DNA of 61,936 bases from a virus (lineage: Duplodnaviria > Caudoviricetes). The notes beneath the pieces were generated by a model. It saw nothing but the letters and a program-made list of their open reading frames with translations, was not told the origin of the DNA and searched no databases. Where the stretch lies: the IMG/VR virus record IMGVR_UViG_3300031974_003128, positions 1 through 61,936 of that record. One strand, 5' to 3'. The translations under genes and the position numbers were made by a program. Of this stretch, positions 29,301 to 39,276 are shown one piece after another; position 1 is the first letter of the stretch; the number at the start of each line of letters is the position of its first letter.

Positions 29301-31949
29301 AATAAATTTGAAGAAACCACAGGTATCACTCCTACTGAAGGTAACATAAAATTAGCATCATCTCCAGAACTAATAGCTGAAGTTGCAGAGAAATCTATAT
29401 TTGAAGCTGAAAGAAAAGCAGAAGAAAAACCTATTGTAGAAAAGGAAAAAGTAGTAAAGAAAAAAGAATCACCAGAGGAAATAAAATCTATTCAGGATGA
29501 TATAAATGAATTATCAAAACCTGTAAATAAAATTACTTCTAAAATATTAAGATTAAATTTTGGTAACGCTTATGCATATATTAAAAATACTTTAGCAAAA
29601 GGAAAAGGTGTAATTAATGTGATACAGGAACAGCTTCGTAGTATACCTACTACTAAAATAGATTTTATTTTAGGTAACGAAAACAGTACTTTGTTTTATA
29701 GAAAATTATTTTTACCCCTTGTAAAATCATATCAACAATATGCAGATAGATTCAAACAAAAAGAAAAAATTATTTTAGAAGCACAAGATCAATTATTAAG
29801 AGAAGCAAAAGGCGATAGAAATAAAGCAAAAATAAATGGATTTAAAATTGCTATTGCTCAAAAAGCAAAGATACATGAATCAAATCCAGATAGTAATGTA
29901 ACTCCTCCTGTAATTGAGTTATTAGATTTTACTATAAAGCTAGCTAATTCAGGCAGGCTGGCTGGTGTTAACAAAAGAACTGCAAAAGAGCTTGAAAAAT
30001 TAAAAAACCAATATCAAAAAAATGGTGAAATAACTTTTGAAAATGTTTACAATTCTTTAACACCAACTCAAAAAAAGGTTTACAATACTCTTCAAGAAGA
30101 AAATAAAAAGCTTGAGCCTTTTGCACAAAAAGCTGCAGAGAGAAGAGGTATTGAATTAGAAATGTTAAATGATTATTCTCACCGTGTAGTGTTAAGCACA
30201 AGAAATGAAGAAATAGATATTATAGAAAAAAAAGCAAATGATTTTTCTAATGAATCTTTAAGAGGTAAAAATTTATTAGAAAGAACTGAAGGCGTTAAAG
30301 CTGTTAGCTTTGACCCTTTTTTATCTTCATTAAGAGGTACGCAAGAAGTTTATCTTGATTACTATATGTCTCCTGATGTAAGTAAAGTACAAAAAATAGC
30401 AGCAGGATTATTAAAAAAATATGAAAATGGTAATGAGGGTCAGGTAGCGGCAACAATTGGTTTAGAAGAAACACTAAGAGAGTTATTAAGAGTAACATAC
30501 TTGCGTTCATTTGTTCCTTCTGGTTATGGAACAAATATTGCTACAGAAGCAAAAAGAATTGGTTATAGATTATTATTAGGATCAGCTCCTAGATTTGTCG
30601 CAGAACTTGCTGGAAACTCAGCTATGTTATTAGCAGAAAAACCATCAGTAGTAAGAGATGCTGTAACTAAGTATGGTTCTTTTTCTTTAAAAACAGGTAG
30701 TGAAGCAAATAATAATTACATTAATTTGTTAACTGAATTAGGTTCTGGTGAAACTGATAAAATGGGAGGAAGACTTCAAGCTGATTCTAAATATTCTGAT
30801 AGAAATGGAATATTAAACATAAGCAGAGAACAGAGAAGTTTATATAATCCTATTTTAAATAAACTTGATAAATTAAGTAGGCTTCCAAAAAAATTAACTT
30901 ATGATAAAGTAGCGTCTGTATCTGATTTTTTAATGTCAGGAGGTGATAGGGTAATATCAAGACCTATATGGGTTTCAAAATTTGCAGATCAATTTAAACA
31001 AAATGTTAAAAAAGAATTGGGAGAAGATATAGATATATCTGTAAAAGATTTGAATGAAATATCAAAAGGAGAATCTAAATATTTAAAAGATTCAAAGTAT
31101 AAAAATGCTATTGATAAAGCTGTGTTTGAGGCAGACAAAACTGTTATAAACATTTCTACTTCAGCAAACCCATTTAATGCCATAGCTAAAAATGTAAAGA
31201 GAGGTGATGTTAAAGATTATTATAGAACAATAAACTCTTTTATGGCAAACTTTACATTAAATGAATATGCTACAGCGAGGATGGCTATAGGAGCTTTAGT
31301 TAATAGTGGAGAAATGTCTCCAAGACAAGCTGGTTTTTTACTTACAGGAGTTTTAGCCAGAATGTCTTCGTATGTAATTGCTTATGGTTTATTAGCTGAT
31401 CTGATGGATGAAGAGATCTTTGGCGCACCAGAAGAAGAAGATGAAGAACTAGATTCATTAATAAAAAGACAGCTTATAGGTTCAGTATTGACATTGATGT
31501 TCAGACAAAACCTAGGAAACATTCCATCTCTTCCCGTAAATCTAGCAATAGAAGAATTTAATAAACAATATTTAGATGAATTAAGAGATGGCAAACCTTA
31601 TAACTCTTATGATAATTCTATTGTTTACAGTTTGATTACTCTTGACAGGCTTGATAAAGGATTAGAAAAACAAATAATACCTATTCTTACAGGGCCTTAT
31701 GTTGAATATTATAAATCTGCTATGAGAGCTATAGAGTTATATAATAGAAGTAAAACAAGAAAAACTAAGGAAGCGAGAGATAGAGCTGTAAAAGAACTTG
31801 AAGAAGTGATTGGTCTTCAACTTATAGGTCAACTACAAATGATACCTCTATACAAAGATTTCTTAAGAGCTAAAAGAAAAAAATTCTATAAAGAAAATTA
31901 TGAGTCTCAAGGAGGTGGAGGAGGAAGCTCTACACCTGTTGTAAGATAA
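26319..31949 (+). CDS. large internal virion/ejection protein
   Basis: 1876 aa, Gly-rich hydrophobic helices near aa 200-250, acidic middle region, last gene of the late arm. Confidence 0.7.
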   Translation: MDEIKKLYDVLIRDGYYSKSFDDFQLQFSNPEYVDKVYNVVTRDGLYSKDKNSFVEKYSLKKKDLSEIPTVSGLETGTLDLPEPEVYQEPLGFFEGNFGKGMFFDLLDDTILDIRRGFAQGASLKQALKLQRKGSKATPEDIDRYVDVVNKMQSIPITDEMRNFQKIYEENDRSWLGFVKGALNNPSVLTGVVAQSVASMLNPQVAFGAIKGGVGGGIVGGAGGLSVGGPLVGLAGLTKGAQYGAIAGLTNTLEAGLAFTEFLQEEIEKNPDLKFDDEGIAAVLNDDEAFKRIKSRTKARGYSIATVNAITYGVANQLARAGRNIKRLKYLPSPQTALRKGTEFVGGGLGEVAGRAAAGQEMDVAEVGFEAFGEVLAPESVIPTFQNAVYSIDGERVNKVDVMDMLEGDPEALLKTEITIKNDESFDAEVQAAVKKAITVRNVKNGLTPEQRENITDEQLNNLVDLQLELDNEKSSESQVGEDNAIETKQKIKQITDAIQKPSPEKVDVQKPAPDSEAVGERDIQQQPVTGKVTPEPVEPEAKPAEEVTPEVETKESQVEPALTQENLLENETLEEGEHSENKGRVFTKIAQVTEKDGVTTTKFFFNKSDKDKSQRAKGKVSEKALEKRGYQISKEDKETFEDDFAEGVTVNYEVTEIRESESGAAADVTVTYTRPDGTQDTITGSVTLEPFVETEQVEETYTLPENPIEAKKDFEIIDNRNQKAGLEIDEDGNGKYYVENIKTGKIVAVKTKKEAQETIQNPKSFDYGEGQPVLEEFRTKVIEEVVEAPIEAAPTDKVRKIGNFEVIITEDNKIKSIKKDGKEVSAQGRRNAEKLIMQSGEIDVTKGEDAQLDKGMSELEVSEKIARESNNPSQIAKEIQFIKEKKKNQKQELKNSKESGLPSMFTKNKKFTPESIEERLGTKISELGKGFKETWVSETGDNIREGYLEEVSDDLKIDHSEADVTDFIKLYPNVTKYNQEFLSKLTQLQKDLENKFEETTGITPTEGNIKLASSPELIAEVAEKSIFEAERKAEEKPIVEKEKVVKKKESPEEIKSIQDDINELSKPVNKITSKILRLNFGNAYAYIKNTLAKGKGVINVIQEQLRSIPTTKIDFILGNENSTLFYRKLFLPLVKSYQQYADRFKQKEKIILEAQDQLLREAKGDRNKAKINGFKIAIAQKAKIHESNPDSNVTPPVIELLDFTIKLANSGRLAGVNKRTAKELEKLKNQYQKNGEITFENVYNSLTPTQKKVYNTLQEENKKLEPFAQKAAERRGIELEMLNDYSHRVVLSTRNEEIDIIEKKANDFSNESLRGKNLLERTEGVKAVSFDPFLSSLRGTQEVYLDYYMSPDVSKVQKIAAGLLKKYENGNEGQVAATIGLEETLRELLRVTYLRSFVPSGYGTNIATEAKRIGYRLLLGSAPRFVAELAGNSAMLLAEKPSVVRDAVTKYGSFSLKTGSEANNNYINLLTELGSGETDKMGGRLQADSKYSDRNGILNISREQRSLYNPILNKLDKLSRLPKKLTYDKVASVSDFLMSGGDRVISRPIWVSKFADQFKQNVKKELGEDIDISVKDLNEISKGESKYLKDSKYKNAIDKAVFEADKTVINISTSANPFNAIAKNVKRGDVKDYYRTINSFMANFTLNEYATARMAIGALVNSGEMSPRQAGFLLTGVLARMSSYVIAYGLLADLMDEEIFGAPEEEDEELDSLIKRQLIGSVLTLMFRQNLGNIPSLPVNLAIEEFNKQYLDELRDGKPYNSYDNSIVYSLITLDRLDKGLEKQIIPILTGPYVEYYKSAMRAIELYNRSKTRKTKEARDRAVKELEEVIGLQLIGQLQMIPLYKDFLRAKRKKFYKENYESQGGGGGSSTPVVR
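27808..27996 (+). CDS. overprinted small basic protein (MPFKSQAQRRWMY...)
   Basis: Alternative-frame ORF inside 26319..31949 resembling a recalled small phage protein family MPFKS.AQRR.M....P.IAK.WE.ET. Confidence 0.55.
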   Translation: MPFKSQAQRRWMYKNLPQIAKQWERETSNNSQLPERLHPSQSNQKQNQPKKSRLRLRLRRAR

Positions 31950-32033
31950 TTAATTAAATATATACCAGAACAACGCATACAATAATACTGCGTTGATAAT
32001 AAATACTAATGCAAAATTTAGTTGAGGGTTCAT
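31950..32033 (-). CDS. 27-aa single-TM peptide
   Basis: MNPQLNFALVFIINAVLLYALFWYIFN; TAATG coupling to upstream gene; fills the gap between convergent arms. Confidence 0.45.
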   Translation of the reverse strand: MNPQLNFALVFIINAVLLYALFWYIFN

Positions 32034-32749
32034 TATAATTCCATTAAACAATTAATAGCAGTGTGCCCTCCCAGAACTACACCACATCCGATAGCTTGCT
32101 TTTTAAAATGCTTTGCGTAGGCAGCTGCGTATGATGTAGTATCTATACCACAACCTACTTGCATTCCAAAAATTCTAAAGTTTCTTCCAACCATCCACTC
32201 AATATAAGCCTGCGTGTGTATGTGTCCTTGTACTGTAGACATCATATCATTCTTAGCTTTTGTTCTGGCTGTTCCACCTTCTCCGTGTATGTATTGAACA
32301 TTATCATAGACAACTCTCTCTACCCAGTTCCATTTAGTTCCAAGTACTTCGTTGTAGGATTTAATCCACATTGTAGGTATTGCTGAGGTCTGAGCTTTAC
32401 GCATAACCATACGGTCGTGGTTTCCAATAATAACATCTGCCTTTGGAAAAGCTTTTTTCCATCCAGCTACTGCTTCTATTGCGTACTCTAACTCATCAGC
32501 TCCACCCATTGCGTCACTAGATGTTTCGTGGTATGATGAATAATGGTTGTCTATTATATCTCCAATAAATATTACTTGATTGCAAAGGTATCTTGCATAA
32601 GTCTCTTGACAAAATTCTAGGTAACCGTCAAGTTCAAATGGTGTGTGTAAATCTCCTATCACTAGTATCCTGCGCTCATCTTTTGTTAGGTGATCGTATG
32701 CTATTTTTTTATCGCCTTTTAACCTAGGGCGAAAGTCTTTATATGTCAT
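32033..32749 (-). CDS. calcineurin-like metallophosphoesterase
   Basis: GDLH, GDIID, GNHD, HG, GHIH motifs. Confidence 0.9.
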   Translation of the reverse strand: MTYKDFRPRLKGDKKIAYDHLTKDERRILVIGDLHTPFELDGYLEFCQETYARYLCNQVIFIGDIIDNHYSSYHETSSDAMGGADELEYAIEAVAGWKKAFPKADVIIGNHDRMVMRKAQTSAIPTMWIKSYNEVLGTKWNWVERVVYDNVQYIHGEGGTARTKAKNDMMSTVQGHIHTQAYIEWMVGRNFRIFGMQVGCGIDTTSYAAAYAKHFKKQAIGCGVVLGGHTAINCLMEL

Positions 32750-32927
32750 CTTCTAGGGAGTCAGTTATGGTTTTTAGTTTAGAAACTATTTTTGAAACCT
32801 CTCCTTTAAGTTCTGAGTATTCTTGGTCAACAAGCAGTTCGTATATATTATTTACAGAGTCATGAAGATCATCCATAATATAATTTATGTTACGAATACG
32901 CTTCTGTTCTAGCGGAGAGATGTTCAT
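32739..32927 (-). CDS. hypothetical protein
   Basis: 62-aa ORF tiled in operon. Confidence 0.65.
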   Translation of the reverse strand: MNISPLEQKRIRNINYIMDDLHDSVNNIYELLVDQEYSELKGEVSKIVSKLKTITDSLEDDI

Positions 32928-32931
32928 TTTT

Positions 32932-33162
32932 CTATTGTGTTTCTCTTAACATCATTCCTCCCCAATACTTATCGATAGACTTTATTGCTCTATATATTTT
33001 TCTGGATTGTTTTTTAGCGTTTTCAATGTCGGTTTTAGTTGATTCCTTTCCTAGATTACAATATAAATCTGCATCTATTTCTAACAATTTATCTATTTTT
33101 TTTCGATTAGACCAAGACGTAAATCCTATTATCTTGTCTATGTCATCAATAGAATATGCCAT
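32932..33162 (-). CDS. hypothetical protein
   Basis: 76-aa ORF tiled in operon. Confidence 0.7.
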   Translation of the reverse strand: MAYSIDDIDKIIGFTSWSNRKKIDKLLEIDADLYCNLGKESTKTDIENAKKQSRKIYRAIKSIDKYWGGMMLRETQ

Positions 33163-33186
33163 AATTTATATTCAATCTAATTAAAG

Positions 33187-33708
33187 TTATAAAATTTTTT
33201 CCAATTTACGATTTAATATTTCATATTTTTCTTTTGCATAATGTGGATCATATCCATAATTTTTCTTAGCAAGCTCAAAAAAATCCTTGTATTCCTTTAA
33301 CAAACCATTAACAATAAACTCTTTCAAGACTGTACATTGATCTAGTAATTTTTTATTTTGTTCTATCAAATCATCAATGGTATAATACTTTTCTTCTGAT
33401 ACTAAAACTTTTAGTTTATCTACAAGATCTTCTCTAAGCTCATGGTATGGATCAAGATATTCTCTATCATTTGTAAAGACTAAATCTTCAAACTTTTTTA
33501 AACCATGCAGTACAGTGGCATGATCTCTGTTTACTAAACTTCCTATTTGAGTTAGCGAACAGAATGTAAAGTCTTTAGCAAGTCTGTAGTATATATATCT
33601 AGCATAAACTATATAAGGTATTCTTGATTTAATATTTATTTTAGTTTCGAATTTAACCTCAACTATATTTTTAATTATTTCTAGGGATTTGTTTGTTCTA
33701 ATTTTCAT
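33187..33708 (-). CDS. DnaA domain IV-like HTH protein
   Basis: SR...VYAR.IYY.LA....SLTQIG..VNRDHATVLHG matches the DnaA C-terminal signature (RDHTTV). Confidence 0.8.
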   Translation of the reverse strand: MKIRTNKSLEIIKNIVEVKFETKINIKSRIPYIVYARYIYYRLAKDFTFCSLTQIGSLVNRDHATVLHGLKKFEDLVFTNDREYLDPYHELREDLVDKLKVLVSEEKYYTIDDLIEQNKKLLDQCTVLKEFIVNGLLKEYKDFFELAKKNYGYDPHYAKEKYEILNRKLEKIL

Positions 33709-34043
33709 TTGTGGTAATCTATTACTTGGTTTAAATTAATGTAATCTAAAAAATCATCACTATCTATAAAGTTTAGTTTATAAAATAATGGGTGATCATT
33801 TTTTTTAATGTATTGAACACTATAGTATAATGGATTTGATAAGGGGACAACCCCACCAAGTGTACCATAATGTTTTAATTTTAATTCACTTAGGTTTTGA
33901 ATGTATATATCATAAGCTAAATTATCTAGCTGCATAAGAATAGCTGCGCTATATAAAGACGGGATGCTTTCTAGAGCTTCTACAAAATCATCATCCATTT
34001 CGTAGTAGTACTCACCCTCTGTAGACTTCGGCTTTAAATCCAT
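33705..34043 (-). CDS. hypothetical protein
   Basis: Tiled ORF; start chosen to reduce overlap, uncertain. Confidence 0.55.
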   Translation of the reverse strand: MDLKPKSTEGEYYYEMDDDFVEALESIPSLYSAAILMQLDNLAYDIYIQNLSELKLKHYGTLGGVVPLSNPLYYSVQYIKKNDHPLFYKLNFIDSDDFLDYINLNQVIDYHK

Positions 34044-34251
34044 ACTCTCTAAGTTCTTTAATTCTGTATTCCTGTAGCTTAGATGTTTTGCCTTTTGAGT
34101 TTTTAATTTCATAAAATTCTATTCCTTTAGTAGGATGTAGGGCTAAGATGTCAGGGATACCGTTCTTGTTTGTTTTAATTAATTTAATCACATAATAACC
34201 TAAGTCTTCCAGTTCGTTTATTTTCTTTTTTTGAATCTGTTGCTCGGTCAT
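34012..34251 (-). CDS. VRR-NUC domain nuclease
   Basis: EQQIQ, GIPDI, FYEIK...GK.SKLQ; promoter element at 34256-34263 (-). Confidence 0.85.
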   Translation of the reverse strand: MTEQQIQKKKINELEDLGYYVIKLIKTNKNGIPDILALHPTKGIEFYEIKNSKGKTSKLQEYRIKELREYGFKAEVYRG

Positions 34252-34268
34252 TATACAAATTTAAAAAA

Positions 34269-34481
34269 CTATTCTTTGTTTTTCTCTGCTTCCTGTTTTT
34301 GTTTCTCTGATTCTTCTTTTAATTTCTCCAGAGCTTGATCATAATCTGGCATACGCTTTATAGTTTCCAGCGTACCTACTGACAAGCTTTTTAAGTTATA
34401 CATCTCTTGTATAATTTGTTGCACTGTTATCTCTAACTGCTCTACTTTATTTTTAATTTGAATTAATGTTTGTTCTTTCAT
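34269..34481 (-). CDS. hypothetical coiled-coil protein
   Basis: 70-aa tiled ORF. Confidence 0.65.
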   Translation of the reverse strand: MKEQTLIQIKNKVEQLEITVQQIIQEMYNLKSLSVGTLETIKRMPDYDQALEKLKEESEKQKQEAEKNKE

Positions 34482-34483
34482 AT

Positions 34484-35710
34484 CTATAAACTTAATAAAT
34501 CTTTTTTGAAATGAGATAGTGTGTAGTCTTTTTTCTTTATTACTGCATCATAAATCTTGTCTTCTATACCACCCTCTGAGAAAATCCAATACACATCATT
34601 CTCCAATCTATCTTTGGTAGTCATACGATCTCTAGATTGCCAGTAACTTGTCGCACTAAAATCTATGTTATAATATACCAAACATTTAGCCTGTTTTAAA
34701 CTGATTCCTTCTCTTCCAGATACGATCTGAAGAGCAATAGATTTATCTGTATCAACAAACTCTTCTAAAGTAGTACACAAATCATCCCCGTAGACTTGTT
34801 TTAAGGCATCTAATTCGGCTTTAAATTTATAAAATATTCCTATCTTCATTTTAGAAAATTTCTCTCGTATAAACGAAGCTTTTGAGGTGTCTATAACCTG
34901 AGCATTTCCACTCTCAAACTTAACAGTCCCTGAATACATCTGATGAAGCTTGCTCATAAGCTTAACAGCAGTGTCAGCAAGTAGGACTTCATCCTTTCCT
35001 TCGATTACCAAATCATTCTTTAGCTTCTTAGTTAGCTTGTATGTTAGATCACTCATCTTTACATGCAGTACATTCTCTGTGGTCTTTACTTTGAAGCCAG
35101 CTTCTTTCTGTGAATAGCTAATCATATATGGTTTCATCTCATCTATAATAGATTGCTTGCCTCTGGAGTAGTCTCTTATTGTCAGTGCATTTATTTTTTT
35201 CTCAAACACATCCACATATACTTTAGAGAATTTATAAAAGCTTATGTAGTTTCTAAATGGATTCATTGGACAGAAGTAAACCTGATGGTATATCTGGCTA
35301 TAAGATTCTGGAGTTGGAGTTCCAGACATCTGTATCACATAAGGGTTTTGCTTTCTGACAATTTGTTTTACTTGCTTAGCTCTCTTGCTAGGTTTAGGAT
35401 ATGCTCCCATACTATGAGCTTCATCCAGTACTATTGACTCATAAAAGCCAGTGACCTTATGTAGGCTCTCGTAGTTAACTACATTAATATGAAACTTTGG
35501 TTTTAGTTTATTGTAGTCATCTTGTATAGAGCTAATAGCTTTTTTCTTAGTAACAAATAGCATATTAGATACACCTAGTTTTTCTGCTATACCTAATGAT
35601 GTTAAAGTTTTACCTGTTCTAACCTCCATTGCAAGGTACACAAACCTATGCTCCTGGAGTACATCAACAGCTTTATCTATAATATCTTCTTGGTAATCTC
35701 TAAATTTCAA
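34484..35710 (-). CDS. SF2 (SNF2-like) helicase
   Basis: FRDYQ, EVRTGKT, LDEAH, MSGTP, SGREGISL, QSRDR. Confidence 0.9.
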   Translation of the reverse strand: MKFRDYQEDIIDKAVDVLQEHRFVYLAMEVRTGKTLTSLGIAEKLGVSNMLFVTKKKAISSIQDDYNKLKPKFHINVVNYESLHKVTGFYESIVLDEAHSMGAYPKPSKRAKQVKQIVRKQNPYVIQMSGTPTPESYSQIYHQVYFCPMNPFRNYISFYKFSKVYVDVFEKKINALTIRDYSRGKQSIIDEMKPYMISYSQKEAGFKVKTTENVLHVKMSDLTYKLTKKLKNDLVIEGKDEVLLADTAVKLMSKLHQMYSGTVKFESGNAQVIDTSKASFIREKFSKMKIGIFYKFKAELDALKQVYGDDLCTTLEEFVDTDKSIALQIVSGREGISLKQAKCLVYYNIDFSATSYWQSRDRMTTKDRLENDVYWIFSEGGIEDKIYDAVIKKKDYTLSHFKKDLLSL

Positions 35711-38121
35711 AATGGTATAACTTCTTGATCATCTGTCTCATCTTTCTCTGTCATTTCTATCCATTTGCCTATTTCACTTTTACCCTCAATAGGTTTTAAA
35801 CCTGTTTTAAATACTGCATATGCATATACCCATTTATAAAACCTCTGTCTACTTATAGTTAGCTTTGATTTAGGCCCATAATCTGGGTACTCATTTATAA
35901 AATCAAAATACAAATCGTTTAAATTATTTCTGATTCCAGGGACTAACTTGTCATTAGTATTAGCACTATCAAGTAAACCACACCACTCAATAAAATCGTG
36001 AGAAGTTTCAGCAGATAGTTGTCTAATCTTAAGGTTTACAAATTTACTTCTAATCAATCCTTTTCTTAGATATAATTGAAGACATCCAATCATGTAATTA
36101 TCAAAGTTGCACCACTCATCATCATCCCAATCTCCAAAGAATAATCTACCAAACTCATCCTGAGGTGTGTATTCTTTACTATAATGTTGATGAAGCTCTA
36201 ACTCCCACTTCCTTCTAGCAAAACTATTCCCAGCCCCTTTTATTGCATAATTTGTAGTGATCGCAATTTTTGGACTCTTGCTAAATGGTATCTTTATAGC
36301 ATCTTTATTTTTCTTTTCAAGAGTTAATCCCTCTGTTACTACACTAAACAATCTTTCAAAGTCAAAGTATTTTTTTACATCATCAAAACAAAGTATCTGA
36401 GTATCTGCTGATACCAACTGATAAGCAAATGATCTTTCAAATGTAAAAGCTTTCCCATCTATTGTGACTAACTTTTTCATGTGAGATAGTGCATTCATAA
36501 AGATACCTTTACCTGTTCCTCCCTCTGGGTTGTCTGATATTACCTCATCATTTAGTATAACTGCCGGACAATAAGATAAATTTTTATGCCCATGCATTAA
36601 GAATCCAATCGTTGACTCCATTGATGTAATCCTTGTGTCATCTCTTGCACAAATGTTTTCAATAAAAGTTTTGTAGTCACACTGCATTGGCTCGCAATCT
36701 TTAAATGTTCTATCAATGACATGATCTTTCCAAACATATCCTCCAAGATCTACATAGTCAATCGCAACCACCTCATCCTTAGTTATTTGCACAGCACAGT
36801 TTCTAAAATATAAATAAGATGTACTCTTTGTATCATTGATAAAGTATATGTCAATCGTAGATAATAAAGTTAAAAACTCTTCTCTGAAGAATCTTGTTTG
36901 GTCTGCAAAGTAATTATATATAGACATATCATCTAGATCAATTAAGTAATCAAGAATAAAATCTTTGATCTCTTTCTCGCTAGTGTGGTCTATTAAATTA
37001 TTAGTTACCTTAACAAAGACATAGTTCTTTCCTCCCTCTGGACAATACTTATAAAACCCATTGTCTTCTAAAAACTTTTTAAATAGAATAGGTATAATCT
37101 TTATTGTTCCTTTCTCATTCTTGCTCCAGAACTTATCAGTGGTTTCCTCTTCTGCTTTTTCAATCACATTCTCTATTACATCAAGCTCAATGTTTGTGTC
37201 CTGAAGATCTCTTCTAATCTCTGACTTTGAATCACCTCTTTTTAATCTAAGTCTCACATCATTGATAGTCTCTGTATCCTCATAAAACTTAGTAGCAAAG
37301 TTTTGTGTATTAGAATATGCTGAATTAATTGTAGTCTCAATCTCTCTCTGACTAAAATCTGATGAAGCATATTGGTTACAAACAAATGAAGCTAGTGTCT
37401 TGCTAATTCCAAAGTCATTAAAAGCCATAGCAAGTATATAAACATTATGGTTTCTTTGACCCTCTACCATTGGGTACTTTTGTTGCCACCACTTTATTAA
37501 TATGTCTACTATTTTATTCTCATCTGTAATTTTAAGTACAGGTATATCTTTGAATGTACTCTTCTCTTCATAAGTTTCCTCCTCTATTGTATCCCAAACT
37601 GATGAAGTTTCATTTAAATATAGTAGTGGATCATAAGACTCATAACATACTCTACTTATATTTTTTGAGGTGCTATCAAAGTACTGAGAATCAAACTCTT
37701 TCTTAAGTGCATTAAAATATTTTACATGGTTGTCTGCCTCTGGAGGTATCTTAACTAATACCTTGAGTCCATTTCCTGATGGAGAAACAAATACAGAGAA
37801 CACAAACTTGTTGTTTTGAAAGTTCTCTTTGTCCTCCAGTAAATCTTTTTGTTTTTCGTAGCCATCAAAGTCAAGACATATTAGCCCACTGTGTTCTACT
37901 ATTGAAGTGTCAGCTCTTTTATTAAATTGCCCTGAGAAACAAACTGCCGGTAGTTCTTTCTTGAGTTCGTTACGAATGGTTTTATTCTTTTCACTTCTGA
38001 TATTTTTTACAAGTTCTTTAGATTTTCCCTCTTTAATTCTTTGGAGAATGTAGGTTACATCCTTGAAGAATGGGGCTTCTGTTTCTCGTATGTTTTTAAA
38101 TATCGTTACTACCTGAGGCAT
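35707..38121 (-). CDS. primase-helicase (BT4734/VirE-N AEP domain, PriCT-like domain, SF3-like helicase)
   Basis: LKKELP, SGLICLDFD, SPSGNGLK, EGQRN, GGTGKG Walker A, CFDD Walker B, ITTN. Confidence 0.85.
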   Translation of the reverse strand: MPQVVTIFKNIRETEAPFFKDVTYILQRIKEGKSKELVKNIRSEKNKTIRNELKKELPAVCFSGQFNKRADTSIVEHSGLICLDFDGYEKQKDLLEDKENFQNNKFVFSVFVSPSGNGLKVLVKIPPEADNHVKYFNALKKEFDSQYFDSTSKNISRVCYESYDPLLYLNETSSVWDTIEEETYEEKSTFKDIPVLKITDENKIVDILIKWWQQKYPMVEGQRNHNVYILAMAFNDFGISKTLASFVCNQYASSDFSQREIETTINSAYSNTQNFATKFYEDTETINDVRLRLKRGDSKSEIRRDLQDTNIELDVIENVIEKAEEETTDKFWSKNEKGTIKIIPILFKKFLEDNGFYKYCPEGGKNYVFVKVTNNLIDHTSEKEIKDFILDYLIDLDDMSIYNYFADQTRFFREEFLTLLSTIDIYFINDTKSTSYLYFRNCAVQITKDEVVAIDYVDLGGYVWKDHVIDRTFKDCEPMQCDYKTFIENICARDDTRITSMESTIGFLMHGHKNLSYCPAVILNDEVISDNPEGGTGKGIFMNALSHMKKLVTIDGKAFTFERSFAYQLVSADTQILCFDDVKKYFDFERLFSVVTEGLTLEKKNKDAIKIPFSKSPKIAITTNYAIKGAGNSFARRKWELELHQHYSKEYTPQDEFGRLFFGDWDDDEWCNFDNYMIGCLQLYLRKGLIRSKFVNLKIRQLSAETSHDFIEWCGLLDSANTNDKLVPGIRNNLNDLYFDFINEYPDYGPKSKLTISRQRFYKWVYAYAVFKTGLKPIEGKSEIGKWIEMTEKDETDDQEVIPF

Positions 38122-38236
38122 TATTAAATTAAATTAAAAAAGGGGAGAGAAAGACTTAATAAAGAAAAAGAAAAAAGCCAAAGAAAAAGCCAAGCCTCTC
38201 CCCTCCATAAACAAAACTAATTAATATGAATCTGCT

Positions 38237-38485
38237 TTAGAAAGGTAGCCCATCGGACTCCTCTTTCTTGTTGTCAGAATCATTCTTTACATAAGGTTTA
38301 CTGATCTGAATAGAAATTTTCTCTTCGCCATTCTGGGTTTGACCTTTCCAGCCAGCTATTTCAAATTCATTTCCACTTAGATCTGTCATTGATCCTTTCA
38401 TATCGGGTTGAGTTTCTTTTTCTTTGTATTTATTTACAAATAAACTTGCTCTTCCCTCAGGGTGTTTGTATTTATTATCACTCAT
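38237..38485 (-). CDS. putative single-stranded DNA-binding protein
   Basis: LFVN.YKE...QPD.KG...IAGW pattern; acidic C-terminal tail ending DGLPF. Confidence 0.65.
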   Translation of the reverse strand: MSDNKYKHPEGRASLFVNKYKEKETQPDMKGSMTDLSGNEFEIAGWKGQTQNGEEKISIQISKPYVKNDSDNKKEESDGLPF

Positions 38486-39276
38486 AATGTTGCTTTTAAA
38501 ACTATTTCATCTATACTCTTTTTAGCATTCTTGCTAAAGTAATCTTGATAGTGGACAAGTGCATGTTCCACTGCTTCCCTTCCTCTATCTATAAATTCAG
38601 GGCTGACATTGAAGATTCCTACATCATAGTAATCTCCACTTATCGTACCATATTGCTTTCTTTCTTTTCCAATAACAAAGAAAACCATTGGCATTTCAAA
38701 TAGTGCATTGTATATATATGCTTGAGTATGGTATCCAAAAAATGGAGCATTCTTAGCAAATTTATATACATCACTACTTGTTTTAAGATCTATTATCATA
38801 CCTCTGCTGATAACATCTGCTTTACCTTTGAAGTTTATACCTTCGTATAACTCTTTGACCATTGGCTCTTCATACTTAGCACCAAGATCGAAAAGGTATT
38901 CTTTAATTCCTATTGTTTTTTTATTGTCTTTCTCCATAAACCATTCAACCATTAACTCCACATCTTTAGCCTCTGAAGTCTTAAGAGCAAAGTCTAAGTT
39001 ATTCTCAGCAAGAAACTCTTTGTATTCCTTGCTCCTAACTTTCACATCACAAATAGGAAAGTCCTTTGCTTTTTCAGGTTCAAGTAATAACTGATGAAAG
39101 TATCTACCCTTAGCAAGATTTTCATTCTCTATTACCTTTTGCCCAAATTGTTCTATATTACTAAGCAAAGTTTTTATATCTGAATTAGATATAAATTGTC
39201 TTCCAAAGTCTCCATAGTACTGCTCATCATCACGAAGCTTATCAATGATTTGCTCTTTTGATAACTGCTTAGGCAT
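38482..39276 (-). CDS. RecE/exonuclease VIII-like PD-(D/E)XK nuclease
   Basis: ISNSDIK, G..FH..LLEP, KGKAD, IDLKT, YHTQAYIY. Confidence 0.85.
   Translation of the reverse strand: MPKQLSKEQIIDKLRDDEQYYGDFGRQFISNSDIKTLLSNIEQFGQKVIENENLAKGRYFHQLLLEPEKAKDFPICDVKVRSKEYKEFLAENNLDFALKTSEAKDVELMVEWFMEKDNKKTIGIKEYLFDLGAKYEEPMVKELYEGINFKGKADVISRGMIIDLKTSSDVYKFAKNAPFFGYHTQAYIYNALFEMPMVFFVIGKERKQYGTISGDYYDVGIFNVSPEFIDRGREAVEHALVHYQDYFSKNAKKSIDEIVLKATL

Noticed and set aside
823-31594. Numerous antisense ORFs in the track (e.g. 1679..2005, 8183..8488, 28383..28835)
   Set aside because: Fully nested opposite well-supported genes, with shadow-frame composition
26319-31949. Virion RNA polymerase as in crAss-like or N4-like phages
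   Set aside because: No DxDxD catalytic motif or T7-type RNAP motifs recognised
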